The translations under genes and the position numbers were made by a program. DNA of 64,000 nucleotides. Source: Chrysomallon squamiferum (Eukaryota > Animalia > Mollusca). The notes beneath the pieces were generated by a model. That model saw only the letters and a list, made by a program, of their open reading frames with translations, ran no database searches and was not told where the DNA came from. The stretch is from positions 14,446,001-14,510,000 of the forward strand of contig CM022665.1 of the NCBI GenBank assembly GCA_012295275.1. The letters are read 5' to 3'. Below, in pieces: positions 26,117 to 40,881 of the stretch; the stretch's first letter is position 1, and every line of letters starts with the position of its first letter.

Positions 26117-28149
26117 AATAAATGCAATAAAAATCTATTGTTATTAATCATACATACAAAGCACAATAATAAATAAATGAATCAAAACGGTCTTGTTTTC
26201 TGACACGGGTTAACCAAGGGACACGCATTTGCGAATGGGCAAAAAAATCTCTGATAGATCGTTTATTAAGATGTACCTCTTAATATGTTAATTTAAAAAA
26301 AAGAAAAAAAAAAGAAGAAAAGTTTAGAAACCAAACTTGATTAAATCTTTTCCCAGCTATCTGATTTCTGTGAACGCAGTAAACATTCTTTGAATAGTAT
26401 GATGTATGGCAAATGCTGTAGGTAAGCGTATCAGGTGATCATCTGCGTGGAGGTCAAAATTGATATCCATGTATCCAGGTAACACGATATTTTTAAGTAC
26501 AGTAGTTTTCCTTGTAAACAATTATTCAAATAACAACCCGTATAAACATAGAATATCTTAAATTGTGAATAAAAATATAACACGCATGTAGATAACAAAA
26601 TTAAGTCGACTACTGTATTTTTACAGCTATTTCACAACTGTTATAACTATTAATAAAGAGTATATAATATTGACTGTTATAAATAATTGTTAATGAAGGG
26701 CATTTAATATCGGCTGTTACAATTAATTAATGAAAGGTATGTAAATATTCGGAGAAATTCCAATACGGAACATTGTACGAAATGATTACGTCACTACAAC
26801 GGATGCTACCTATCTTGATTAACCGTGATATGCTTGTAACGTCACAATAACATGAAGTCGTATTTATTGCGCGTTGTAACGTAAACAATTACAGTGTACT
26901 GTTAATCATAGCATGTTATGACAGACCTGTTATGTAATTTAGCAGTTTTGAATATTTCAGCTCATAATTAATTACTGTTTAGAGCAGTGCTTCTTAAACC
27001 GGTCACTGATTTACCCAAAGAAGAACGAAATAGGCTAATTTTGGAATGAACGAAACTGGAAACAAAAATTAAGAAATACACATGGAATTTTAATCGCGGG
27101 TAAATAAATTTGTTTATGAGGTTTTGAGTGTTAATGACACTGAAATAGTTTATACTGTTTCATTTTTATTCATAGTGGTCAAAGCTATCAAATATAAATC
27201 AAACAGAGCTTTGTTTCAAAATAAACAAATAAATAAATGTTTGTTTATAAAAATTGTTTTTGTTGTTTTATGTTAACATGTTTTCAAACACACTGTTATT
27301 GTTGGTACTGTTTATTTGTTTGTTTATTTATTAAATCTGTTGTTGTTTTATATATAAATTTGTTGTTTTCGAAAAGATGCACACAAAGCAGTTTTTAAAA
27401 TTATTTTTCAATCCACAAAAAGAAATTAAAATTTCTCAAACATGACAGATTTAGATAACTGGAATTAATTACATGAACTCTATCATCTTCGGGGCTCGGT
27501 CCGTACGCAGAAATCTTTGTTATTTGGTTTGGGTTTTTCTTACCTAACGTAACGTGACTTCTGCTCGACTTTTTCCCACCAAAAGTCGACACACTGGGTT
27601 ACAAACGACATGCGCGTGCTGTTCCGTCTTTCTCGATTTCCCTCTCATCTGCCACGTGGAAACGAGAGCAAATACTTGATTTTTGCGAAACAATCAAACA
27701 GTGTTCTTATTTTGTACCTACTGACTTAAATGTTTCTATCTTCATGTAGAAGTTCCTTGACTCTGTATTGGTTTACATAAGAAAGGAAATGGAAGAGGAG
27801 GTTTAAAAAGAAAAACGAAATAGTGGAAGACAAAGATGCAGCAATCACAAACATTTGTAAATAAAGATGGTTGTAAATATTATCCGAGCCAATTAACTCA
27901 GATTAAAAAAGAAGAAGAAATTAAACACACATCTATCATTATGTATATCGAAAACATGTTTCTACGAATCTTTGTCTTGGTTTAATTAAATAGTATATAT
28001 ATAGCTGTAAAATAAACATAACCAAACGATTTTCCCGGGCACTCACCTTTGAGTCAATAACAGTATTATTCAACAGAACGTAAGTACTTAATTCTGGATT
28101 CTGGAACTAAATAAATACTACATGGTTATTTCAAGAGAAAGAAGAGAAC

Positions 28150-28479
<330 letters not shown>

Positions 28480-28563
28480 ATAATTGCTGCTGCTGGTGTT
28501 TCAAATTCTGAATGTAATTCACAAATATATGGTTCTTATTTTATTTTATTATTTTTCATCCAA

Positions 28564-28605
<42 letters not shown>

Positions 28606-29619
28606 GTCGATCAACAATTTTTATTGATAAATATCTTATTTTTATTTAGTTTATTTTCGTACTCATGTCACAATTTCTTGAAACACGACCTTGTAAAGAG
28701 ATAACATTTTAAATGTACTTGGTGACATTGCTTCAGGCTAAACATTTGCATTTTGATTGCTCTTATTTTCTTTCTTTCTTATGTTAAATTAGATCTTTAA
28801 TTAGTAAACTTTATACTAATATTATTAATTCATACTAATAGATAGTGATGGCAGTTGTAGAACAGTAGCTGCTTTGTAAATACAACAAGTTAATGATATT
28901 AAAGCATTATTTTGCTACATAAAAAATGTATATTATTTTGTATATTTCGTTTGTTATAGTCAGTTTTATCATATTTATTATTATTGTTGTTGTTGTTGTT
29001 GTTATTATTATTAGTAGTAGTAGTAGTGGTGGTGGTGGTGGTGGTAATTATTGTAGTAGTGGCAGTGGTAGCAGTAGTATTGATTAAGAAAAGGTAAACA
29101 AAAGCTAAAATGAAATATATTTGATTTATCCTTCTCTCTTCGTATTTCCTCACACTGAATCCCTGTCTCTCGCTCTTTTTCTCTCTCTCTCTCTCTCGCG
29201 CGCGCTCAATCTCTCTGTTCTTTTCCATATTTTTCTGATCCTGTCAAATCATCTATCTCTTAAAAAAAAAAAAAAATTGTCCCTGCTGGTCAGATATATA
29301 ATAAACATATATGTGGCTTTCAGCGGTTATTAATCGCATCACCAAACATTATTAGCGTTTTAGCCACAACGCCGTTTGATAATGTTATAAAGTTTGCACC
29401 CAAAGAAGGCGCTAAGTACGTTGTTGACATTTTCCGTGTTTTACGCTTTCACCTGACCAATAGAGCGAACAATAATATATTATCCTAGATACAGACATTT
29501 CTGAATGTTTTCATTACCGGCACCAACTTCCTGGTTCTGACTGTTTTCATTTTAAAATCTAATGCTGGAATAATTTCTTAATAGCGAATCTTGTGGTAAA
29601 TGTGTAAATACATTAGCCA

Positions 29620-30055
29620 CGATCATCTTTACCACAGTTATTTGTACTGCAACTAAGATCACAGCAATTACCAACGCGTTCGCAATCTCAATAACCATTA
29701 TCAACGTTACTGCTGTTATTATCAGTATTATCATCAACACCACCACCAGTACAACGTATGCTACTGTTACAGTTACCACAATTACTACATTTCTATAAAT
29801 AATGATTACAATAACTATTAATATTACAACTAAGACTAATACTACATAATTACAAGCCCTATTACTACAAACAATACCCATTTATATCCCTGTAGTTATT
29901 ATTTCTTCTGTTACAACTACTATAACACCAACATCATATCTACAACCACTACTATAGCTATTACTTCCACCACTTTACAATGACTTCTACTACCACCACC
30001 ACTACTACTAAAACTAATGCTACCACCACTACTACTATTATTAGTACAACCATTT
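29620..30055. repeat. Degenerate (ACT/ATT/ACC)n trinucleotide low-complexity tract
   Basis: Three-base periodic A-C/T-N sequence; the Thr-rich frame is interrupted by a TAA near 29796. Confidence 0.75.
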
Positions 30056-31870
30056 GTTTGTTACTCTGAAATTCCTGGTATCACTCATAACTAAATAAAT
30101 CACTTGAAATATCTCATAAATTAAAATATCGTCTGCACGTTGGGAAAGAAAAGAACTAAACAAATAACTGATAGTTCAGATCTCCAACTAAATAATTATT
30201 TACATGTAACTTAAAACCAGTCAAAACAATCTAAATGTCAAGATAATCTTCTTTAATCTTCTTATGAAACTTACACCTCTTTTGTGAGACAATTCTTCTA
30301 ACGTATGACATTATATCTGTGTATGCGTGTGCGTGAGAAAGTTTTTGTGTGAGGCACAGAAATATAGAAATGACAGTGAGCGAGAGATACAATTTGACTA
30401 CGCGTAATATATATTTATAACGCACACCCATAAAAAAAAACAAAAAAACAAAAACAAAACCCATACACATCACCAAACAATTACATATTTAAAAATAAAT
30501 AAAATAAAATAAAATAAAGACCTTAATTTTTTTTTCTAATTTCACAGTCACAAAATATAAAACTCTTTCTTTCAAAACAGTCATACAAATAAATGAGAGA
30601 GCAGTAGTAGCAGTAATAGTAATAGTAACAGGAATGATAATAGTAATACGTGTTGTTTTTGTAATAAGTAAATAACTAAATAGCTTTGAATCAATATTGT
30701 TGCTATAAACGGGCAAGGCATAAAGTTATCGAAAGGTTGTTTCAAACAAACCCATCCCACCACACCATACATAAAAATCAATAATTTATAAATCCGCATT
30801 TTAGCACTAGTCATTTTTCAATATCTGTATTAAATAAAGCCATCCATCCATCGAATACTCAATTTTCTGTTTAAGTGGTTGATAAGTGGATAAACGTGCG
30901 TGTAACTTATTACTGATAAGATACTTATTAACGTAATTCTTTTGTACCACAAACTTAGAATTATCCAGTTAACACATATGACTTCCGTTGCGATAATGGT
31001 CTCACAACATACTTAGTAAATTCCTTAAGGATAAAACACAAAATATTTAACGTAGGATGTAATACCAGTAAATTAAGAATTTAATTACATAAATGTACAG
31101 AAGAAACAATCATTTTGTTTATGGCGAAAATTTTAAAATAAATAAAATGAAATGAAATGAATTAAAATAAAATAAAATAAAATAAAATAAATAATTAATA
31201 ACAATAATATGACAAAATAAAGTAATAAATAAATAATCGGTAACAGACTGATATTTTATATTAATATGCATGTATAAATAAGTAAATAAAAACTTCTATT
31301 TCTTCCGTTGTCCAAGATTTTGCAAGGTATTTTAAAATATATATGCAATACTGATTCTGTTATAAATAATACTACTAATTATTTCTACGACTACTACTGC
31401 TACTACTATGCTGCTACTACTACTACTATTGATGCTGCTACAACTATTACTATTACTATTACTACTACCACTAACCTACTATATCTGTGCTATTACTACA
31501 ACCATTGCTACAACTATTACTACTACTACTACTATTAAAGCGGTGGCTTCTGCTGCTGCTGTTAAAAATAGTAATAACATCAACGGGATTTATTACTGTT
31601 ATTGTTGTAATAACAGTAATAAATCCCGTGACGACACAAAGACACTAAATTTAATCTTTTTGTCACGGTAATTTGTAATAGATTACAATGTATTGGTAAT
31701 ATTGATTTTGTTATTACCGCTGATATTCCACATTTACTGCAATAACAACACCTACTTTCCCGTTGTAAAGAAAGGGCAGATCAACATTTTTAGGTATCAG
31801 TTATAGTTACAATTCTGTAAATAAAAATGTATTTAATAAATAATAATAATAATAATAGTAATAATAATAA

Positions 31871-31901
<31 letters not shown>

Positions 31902-32307
31902 AATAACAGAGTTTAGGAGGGAAAGCAGGAGGAAAGAAAGAGAGAAAATAACTTAGCAAAAAAAAAAAAAAAATACGGTTTCTATGAACTATAAATATCT
32001 GAATAATAATTACATCAAAAGACCATAAATTTAGCAGTTTAAATTTATTTTTACTCAGAACGTTTATATTTCCTTACAGGACATTAATTTGTTAACCTTA
32101 AATTATAAAACTAAAGTGATTTATAATGTACTCTATCAAATTATCTGATAAGTTTCCGGGAAAATTATTTTCTATCAGAGCGGTCGAATACTGGCAACAC
32201 ATGACGTGGCCAAATTTACATGACGAAACCTGTAAGATAAAGACATGATAATATGCCTCAACTTTGGATGTGTATCTATATAAAGGTCCGGTCTGAAACA
32301 TGTACAC

Positions 32308-32309
<2 letters not shown>

Positions 32310-32353
<44 letters not shown>

Positions 32354-32761
32354 TATATGTATGTATAATTTGTTCATGTGGCTAAATGAGACGCTATATA
32401 AATTTAAGACATATGATTTTCGTATCAGATATTGACAACAAAAATTGAGCCGTCGAAATATGACTTTACCTCATTCCAGACACGTTTTCTGACTCACATT
32501 CATACACTTAATACCTGATATCAATGTTAAATATGTCGGGTGACGAGGTAACGGAAAAGATTACGGGTGCCACCCTTGTACTTTATTATTTCTCTTTAAT
32601 ACTTCTATTTTCTGTTTGTGTTTGAACATGACGCTAAGAAAAAACCCTATAACTAGGACTATTCAGTACAAGGAAAAACCCCGTTATCAAGAAAAATATT
32701 TTCTTTGTACTGAATTATCTTTCTGTGTGAGTGTGTATGTATGCCGGTCTGAATGTATGTG

Positions 32762-32793
<32 letters not shown>

Positions 32794-32826
32794 TGTATGT
32801 ATGTATGTATGTATGTATGTATGTAT
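32310..32826. repeat. Two (ATGT)n tetranucleotide tracts (32311-32351, 32765-32826)
   Basis: Direct inspection; gives CMYV-repeat pseudo-ORFs. Confidence 0.85.
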
Positions 32827-33119
32827 ATATCAATGTAAAATGTAACAGGTGCCAAAATAAGGAAAATGCTTACGGGAACATATGTACACACGTATGTATA
32901 TATGTATGCATATGTATGAATTAATAAAGTGTATGAAAGTATATGTATTTATCTATGAGTATGTATAAGTCTGTGTACAGGCATGCGTATACCTTTCTGA
33001 TTCTCTCTCTATATATATGTAAATTATGTATGTATGTATGTGTATGTTCGTATTTAGCTGTCTATGTATAATTTGTATTTTTATGATCTCATCATTACGT
33101 TTCATTTTTGTTTGTTTTT

Positions 33120-33380
33120 TTTGCTTGACGTGGCCCTTTTTATAGCTTTCTTTTTGAAATTTTGGAATAATATTTCAAACGCATGACTGTAACAGCGACT
33201 GGTCATTTCTTAAAATATTTTTATCTTGCTTTACTGGCTACCGCGTGATTATTTACCGGGAATGCCCGGTGACCGTTGTCACGGGGCAGTCAACGCATTC
33301 GATTGGTTGCAGAAATATGCTTGACATCATCCGATTGGCTGGCGGGTCCCAATATAAGCGCGAGGTGCTAAAATTAGCTC
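33120..33380 (+). promoter_or_regulatory. Core promoter of the Rho-family gene (two inverted CCAAT boxes, TATA-like box, ATF/CRE-like sites)
   Basis: GATTGG at ~33301 and ~33333 (about 32 bp apart), TGACATCA between them, AATATAAG at 33351-33358, TGACGTGG at 33126-33133; CpG-rich. Confidence 0.6.
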
Positions 33381-33474
33381 CAGACCCTCTTGTCAAGTTG
33401 TATATTACCTGTGTACTGCAGACGATCGTTTCATTGCTTTGGCTTCAGTCTTAAGAGGCGTATTTGTTGTTATA

Positions 33475-35577
33475 ATGAAAGTTGGAAATATGAAGTACAG
33501 CAGAAAGAAATTTGTTCATTGTGCTGTGTTGGGGAATGGAATGGTGGGCAAAACCTGTCTGACACTATCGTATACACAAAAGGCTTTCCCTGAACATTAT
33601 ATTGCCACCGTCTTTGAAAATTATGCAGGTGATTATTTTAATTAAATCTTTACCAGTTTGTTAATTGTTACTATCGCAGTGTTGCTGCAATTATTGAAAT
33701 TAATCACTATTTAACTATAATAATATAATATAATATAATATAATATAATTCCAGAATAGTTCGAACATAATTTTAGTCAGTTGTTAATTTCATTATATCT
33801 TTCTTCTTCTTCGAAGTCGTCTTCTTATTATTATATTTTCCTTTTTAAATAGTTTACTGTTTTAATTTTACTATTTTGAATAGTATGAAATATATTGCTT
33901 TCCTCGATTAAGATAAATTTCTAGAGACGTAACTGAAATCTAGGAGTGGAGACATTCGACAAAATCTTTTTGTTATACAAGCCTGGTACAATTAGAATTC
34001 CAAAGATTTATAACTTATGGTATGCATCCTCAAGCCGTGCCGCAATTCACTCTCGCGGTATTAATCGTACAAATCAATCCAGTGTTGACAGTCTAGGACA
34101 GAGGCCGATTTGTTGACTCAGTCCATTGACGTCTGTTGCTTCCGCCATTTAGCAATGTTTGTTAACAGCTGAAAACAATGAGACTATGGTTTTTGAAGAA
34201 AAAAAATACCATTACGAAAATTTCCGTTTCCTCATTATCCACTTCCTACAATTAGATTAAATATTTGAGGTACTGTTTTCGTGTTTGAAAGGAGCCGATA
34301 AGGAAAAAGGATGAATTTTTACGAACAGTTCCTATCACACTGTCTCCTTATTTGTCTATGACGAATGAAAAAACAAGGTAGCACATAATGTAGAAAAAGC
34401 AAGCTAACACAAAATAATATAGAAAAACCACAAGTAAAAAAACCCCATTAGCAACATAATTATAATCAACAGTTAAAACGAAAAATGATACCAAAGTTTT
34501 TTAGTATTTTGCCTTTGATGTCAAAGATAAACATCATGTGGTACTAATCACTGTATTTTATTTTTGTTAGTGCCTTTGACAGTTGGCGGAGAAGACTTTG
34601 TTATCAGCATGTTCGACACAGCAGGACAGGTAAATGATATTTTATAATTCGAGCAACTTTTCTCAGTTTATTATTAAAACTTCTTTTGATAATAAATATG
34701 TTCATAAGATTTTGTAAACTATTTATTTATTTATTTATTTTAACAAGAAAAACATTATTATCGTTAAAAGAACTTCACAATAAAATACAGGCTGATTTAC
34801 TATAATGATATCATATTAGTTGCATACGTTTGTAAAATATGATAACTGAATTTTGTTATAAACTGATCACTGTTCCTGGTTCTAACAGCTAATTCCTACA
34901 ACACCTGTCTGATGCTAACTTCAGACCGAATCTAAAAGTGTAGACATAGCATATTTAAGTTAACTTTAACCTCTCTGCAACGTCTTTCTTCTCTCTTCTG
35001 TCTTGTCATTTATCAGTCTATGTTAGAAGTTCGCAGACAAGTCTCTCATATTTACAAAACACGAAAATTTAAACCTCCATGTTGGTTAACATTTTAAATA
35101 TTCATAAATATACAATTCGGGAGTTAAAACACAGGTATTTTATACTAGTCTATATAACTCTGTAGTTAATATATATTATTGGATATTTGTTTACCATTTC
35201 AGCAAGACTATGAGGGTTTGCGTGCTTACACTTATACCGAATCCGAAGTGCTTCTGTTGTGTTTTTCCGTTTGCGAGCGAGAGTCTTTTAAGAGCATTGT
35301 CAGTCAGTGGATTCCCGAAATCAAACGATACACCAAAAGGAGACTGCCGGTCATTCTTGTAGGAACTCAGATTGATCTCCGAAAAGGGAACGAGGACGAA
35401 GTGTCATATGAAGAAGGCATCAACATGTCGAAGGAAATTGGTGCAGACTGTTATATCGAATGTTCTTCGAAAAGTCGAGAAGGACTTAATGCGGTTTTCG
35501 AACACGTGATATATTCAGCTCTCAAATACAGGAAGAAGAAAAGTAACATAATTCACCGCATTTTTGGTCTGCGATGA
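33475..35577 (+). CDS. Atypical Rho-family small GTPase (Cdc42/RhoJ-Q/RhoU-V-like), 195 aa, no CAAX
   Basis: Exons 33475-33628, 34571-34629 (59 nt) and 35203-35577. Motifs: G1 GNGMVGKT, switch I FPEHYIATVFENY, G3 FDTAGQ, G4 LVGTQIDLR, G5 YIECSSK; ends YRKKKSNIIHRIFGLR*. Alternative start at the second Met (33490). Confidence 0.93.
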
Positions 35578-36987
35578 TGACAGAGGATGCAGTTGGACAG
35601 GACAGAACATCTTCTGTGGTATATTCTATTCACTCAGCGTGCTTCCTAGAGCATCATCCCGATTATGCCAGAGATCTCAGAAGAGAAGATTTCCCGAATC
35701 TAACGTTTACTAATTTCTGCGGTTTTACCGCCAAATCGAAAGTGGTGTAGCCCATGACTGAACAGACTCGAAAAAATCCAAAATGTACTAAATGATTAAT
35801 AAATCCATCATCATAAAAGAAATCCTAGTCAATATACAGAAGTCTTGTTCTGATTTAATGTATGTGAACAATAATATAAACTGACATTCCAAAACATCAA
35901 AGAAGAACAGACACTGCAAAATGCGAGCACTTCCTGTGGAAGTAAAAATGACTAGTCATTAAATTTGTTGCCTGTATTAACAACTGCACAACACAGAAAC
36001 GATGAAATGTCCAGGAACAACACAAGGAAAACGTATATTAAAGCGAACTGAATCGGACGTTTAATGTTCTTACAAATAACTGATAGAACTTAAGTATCTT
36101 ACATTATTTATTTATTTATTATTTTGCTCTTTGTTGTTGCCGTGCAAGATTTAAATTTTGTCAATCTTGCATTTCGAAAATTTCGGTAAGATATATAAAT
36201 AATATCTGATTGTTCGAAGGAGTAATTGTAACGATAGTAAATGGTTAGGTATCCAAAAATTTTAAAATTATTATTATTATTATTATTATTATTATTTATT
36301 TATTTTTTTTTTTTTTTTTTATTTTTAATGGATCGTGCAATATTTTGTCCCGACCCCAACTTACAGTAACTTTATAAGCTAAGAATAGGGACAATAAGTT
36401 AACCTGTGCATTTTGAAATCTACAGAGCAGAATTTGTTAGGATTTGTATCAATTTCCTTAGATTCTGTTTCTTTCATTGAAATTCATTAATCAAAAATTA
36501 ATAGTTTTAATGTTTTAAGTTAAGCAGAAATAAAAAAATAAGGCTTTTGCTTAAGGTTCAAAGTCATAAATTAATATGAAAAGGTTTGAGATTAGAATTT
36601 TTAAAAAATAATAAAAAATAAAGAATAATAATAAAAATAAAGGGAAATAATGAAAAAGCCCAAGTGCAGTGATAGTTAACCCTGATTTGATAATGTACGT
36701 AGATATCGGTTATTTTATTTCCTTTTATTATATTTTATAATTTATTAATTTTTTAAAATGTCATTGTGCTAAATTATTTGGTATTTGTTAAATGTATGTG
36801 TCGATATTATCGCTGTATACCATACATTCGTATGAACGGATGAAAAGTAAATATTGTGAATATTTCATATACATGTGCTGCTGGTCGGCGATGACGTGTT
36901 TTCTAATAAAATGAAACTAAAATAAAATAATTGTGTTGGTTGTTTAATATAAGTAACGATTGTGGTAACGGTATTGGGAGTAGTAAT

Positions 36988-37024
<37 letters not shown>

Positions 37025-38234
37025 ATATTCAAAAAAGAGATAACTTGTGTGTATTCCCTTACTACATAATAATATTAAAATAAATAACATTCAAACATTT
37101 CTAAATGAATATATATTGTGAGAAAAAAAAAAACTGAAATTAAGAAAAAGAAGAATGAAACAATAATAAGAGCATAAATCAACACTGGTAAACCAGAATA
37201 GCTTTGTAGGAGATCCAATAAAAAAAAAAAATATATATATATAATAATAATAATAAATGGTGATGTTGTATTTATATTACATAGAACTGGAAGATTTGGA
37301 AGAGTGTATATATGTTTAATTAATATTTCATTGAAAAGAATATTGTGACATTCAGCATGACTCTACTTTACAAGCCATGCATTCGGACCCTGTTAACGAG
37401 ACCTCCATCAGCGTAGGAGTAAAATATTAATTAAGTACCCCTAAAACTAATTACTGTAGTTTTCTGTCGTTCAGTCAGTAATACCGTAGCCGCTAAGTTT
37501 TTATGCATTACTTCCAGTGTTTGAAACTGGAAGTCCTGAAAAGCTGACACATGCCTTTACTGGTTTAATAGGTTAGTGTATTGAATTAAAATGATAAAAG
37601 TTAAAAGAAAGAAAAGTGTAAATTCAACAAAACATTATTAGGTTTTAAACACACATTTTTCGGCTAGATAACTTGCTAAAAGATCTTACGACATCACAAC
37701 AATTATATATTATTTTTTAATTTCCGCCAACGCTTAAATCAGTTCCAAGGACTAATTAGATGAAAGAAAGTGTAATAATATAGACAATAAAATAATTTTT
37801 AAAATCTGATCATCAAAGAAATAAACAAATTAAACATTGCATTTTAAATCATGCAATGCAGCTTTGTTTCTACGTAATTATTTACACTCTATTCGTCAAA
37901 GATCGGAGATCTGCGTAAGAGATGACGTCAGATTTGAAGGTATATGGAACTGTAAGTGTTGGATCTTGTTGTGTCAAGGAGGTAAGTCGATACATGCTGA
38001 TCCTGCATCTGTTTGTGTGTCCACAAGATGTAAGTTTAAACTGGACATGGAAAAGCGAAACTCTACTTCTGCCTTGTAAATGATTAACGTGGTCTCACAA
38101 ACAAAGACAGGGTTCTTTTTATTTAGCTACGAGTCAAATGTTATGCAATTTTTCCTGTCAAACAAAACATATGTTTAGCCGCTGTATTTTCTCTTCTTCC
38201 TGTCTATTTTTCCTGTATCTATTTATCGACCTTC

Positions 38235-38975
<741 letters not shown>

Positions 38976-39328
38976 CTAGGTTAAGGACATTAAAGACATT
39001 GTCCGCTTATGACCTCAGACTCTTGTTTTCTAGCTAAATGTTTTCGAAGGTTATTACATAATTGTTGCAGCGTTTTTGGTTTTTGTATCTCTTAATTATT
39101 TCTGGCTTTTTGTTATCACCCAATCGTCTACATTTACAAGAAACTCTCGAACAATGACATTCAGTATTTCCATTATATTTCGACCTACTGATGAGCACTG
39201 ACGCACGAATCTACTCTTTGCATTTTGCTGTCATTCGATGCAGTTATTTCATTTGTCAATAATAATGGCCTGGATTATCAGGAAAACAACTTGCATTCGT
39301 GAACGTTAATGTAGCGGAGTTTCTTGTC

Positions 39329-39359
<31 letters not shown>

Positions 39360-40845
39360 GTGTAAAACCATTATAACATTTTTAATTAGGTTTTATTTAT
39401 TATTATTAGCCTATTTATACATTTTATTACATCTATTCATTTTTAAATATTCGATATTTTAAATAATTGGTTCTATTTTCTTTTTTTGTACCCTTAATTT
39501 AATTTTTTTTAGGCTGTTATCATTAATTTTAGTATTACCTCGAATGATTTTATTATTAGTAGTAGTAGTAATAGTAGTAGTTGTAGTTTTTTTGTTTTTT
39601 TTTCATACTAATTTAAGAACGAACATAAATTAGTAAAAGAAATATTTCAAAATAGCCATTCTGGACTTTCTTGTCTTTTGTTTTTTTTTTTTTTTTTTTT
39701 TACTTTATTTATTTATTTTATTTATTTATTTTATTCTATTTATTATTATTATTTTTCTTTTTTTTTCATGTGTTTCTTTTTATTTTATTTGACGTTTTTA
39801 TAGTCTCTCTCTCTCTCTCTCTCTCTCACAACGTATTTCACATCTCTAACAACGAGAATTCTCCTAAATCTCCGAGACACTTTCCGAAAATACATTTAGC
39901 GCATGTTTCTGTTTGAGAACGACATTTTAATATCCCGACGGCCTTCGCGTTTGTCTGTCAATGTCACACTTTTTCTACCCGTGAACAAAATCTCACGAAC
40001 TTGATCTAAACATGTTTATTAACCAAATTCCTTTTTGGCTTTTAGTCTCTATTTTTGACCCCGAAATTCTGCGTTAGCTTTCTTCTTTAGTGTCAAAATC
40101 TAAGAACAAAAAATAAATGACCGTTAATTTAAATCTTATAACTCCTGGGATTTTGTTTCAAATCAAATGCTAAGACACAGGGAAGGAAACAATCAGAGTT
40201 TTTGACAGAGGAACTTCAGTCAATATTTGTTAGGATCTTTACAAACAAGGGCTTGTTTTTGTCAATTTGAAAAAGAACAATGGTTCTTGTTTTTGTTGAA
40301 TGTGGTGTACATGGACGTAACGTTTACCGGAATGTTGATGAACTCATCAAAAGGTTGTGTCACAGCGGCACTGGGAGTGGATTTGTTTGATGTAAAGACT
40401 TAAGAAAGTACTAACGCCTTGCAATACATGTTATATTTTACTGTAGATAACAGACAAGAAGTTAGACCTAATATAAATAAATAAATAAATAAATACATAG
40501 ATGTAATAAAAAGAAAAAAAGAAAGAAGAAACAAATATTTTGGAATACGTGCGTTTATTAATATATCAAAAACAGAGAAACGTTCCACCAGTAGAAATGA
40601 GATTCAAAAGACAAAAAAACAAAAACAAATAGCAATTGCAACGACATGGATAAACCCATCAGCATTATTGAATAACATCCACAACGTCAAAAACAGTAAT
40701 AATTATTGACGACGATGGTAAGATGATTATATTCTTAATGTGAAGATTATCGAAAAATGATATAAATAATTAAAATATACAAGAATGAAATAAAAACCAG
40801 ATAGATGGATGGACGATGGATAAAAAAAAAAAAAAAAAAATAATA

Positions 40846-40881
<36 letters not shown>

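Noticed and set aside
33439-33474. N-terminal extension of the Rho ORF given by the ORF track
   Set aside because: Begins at TTG; in a eukaryote the ATG at 33475 (or 33490) is the likely start.
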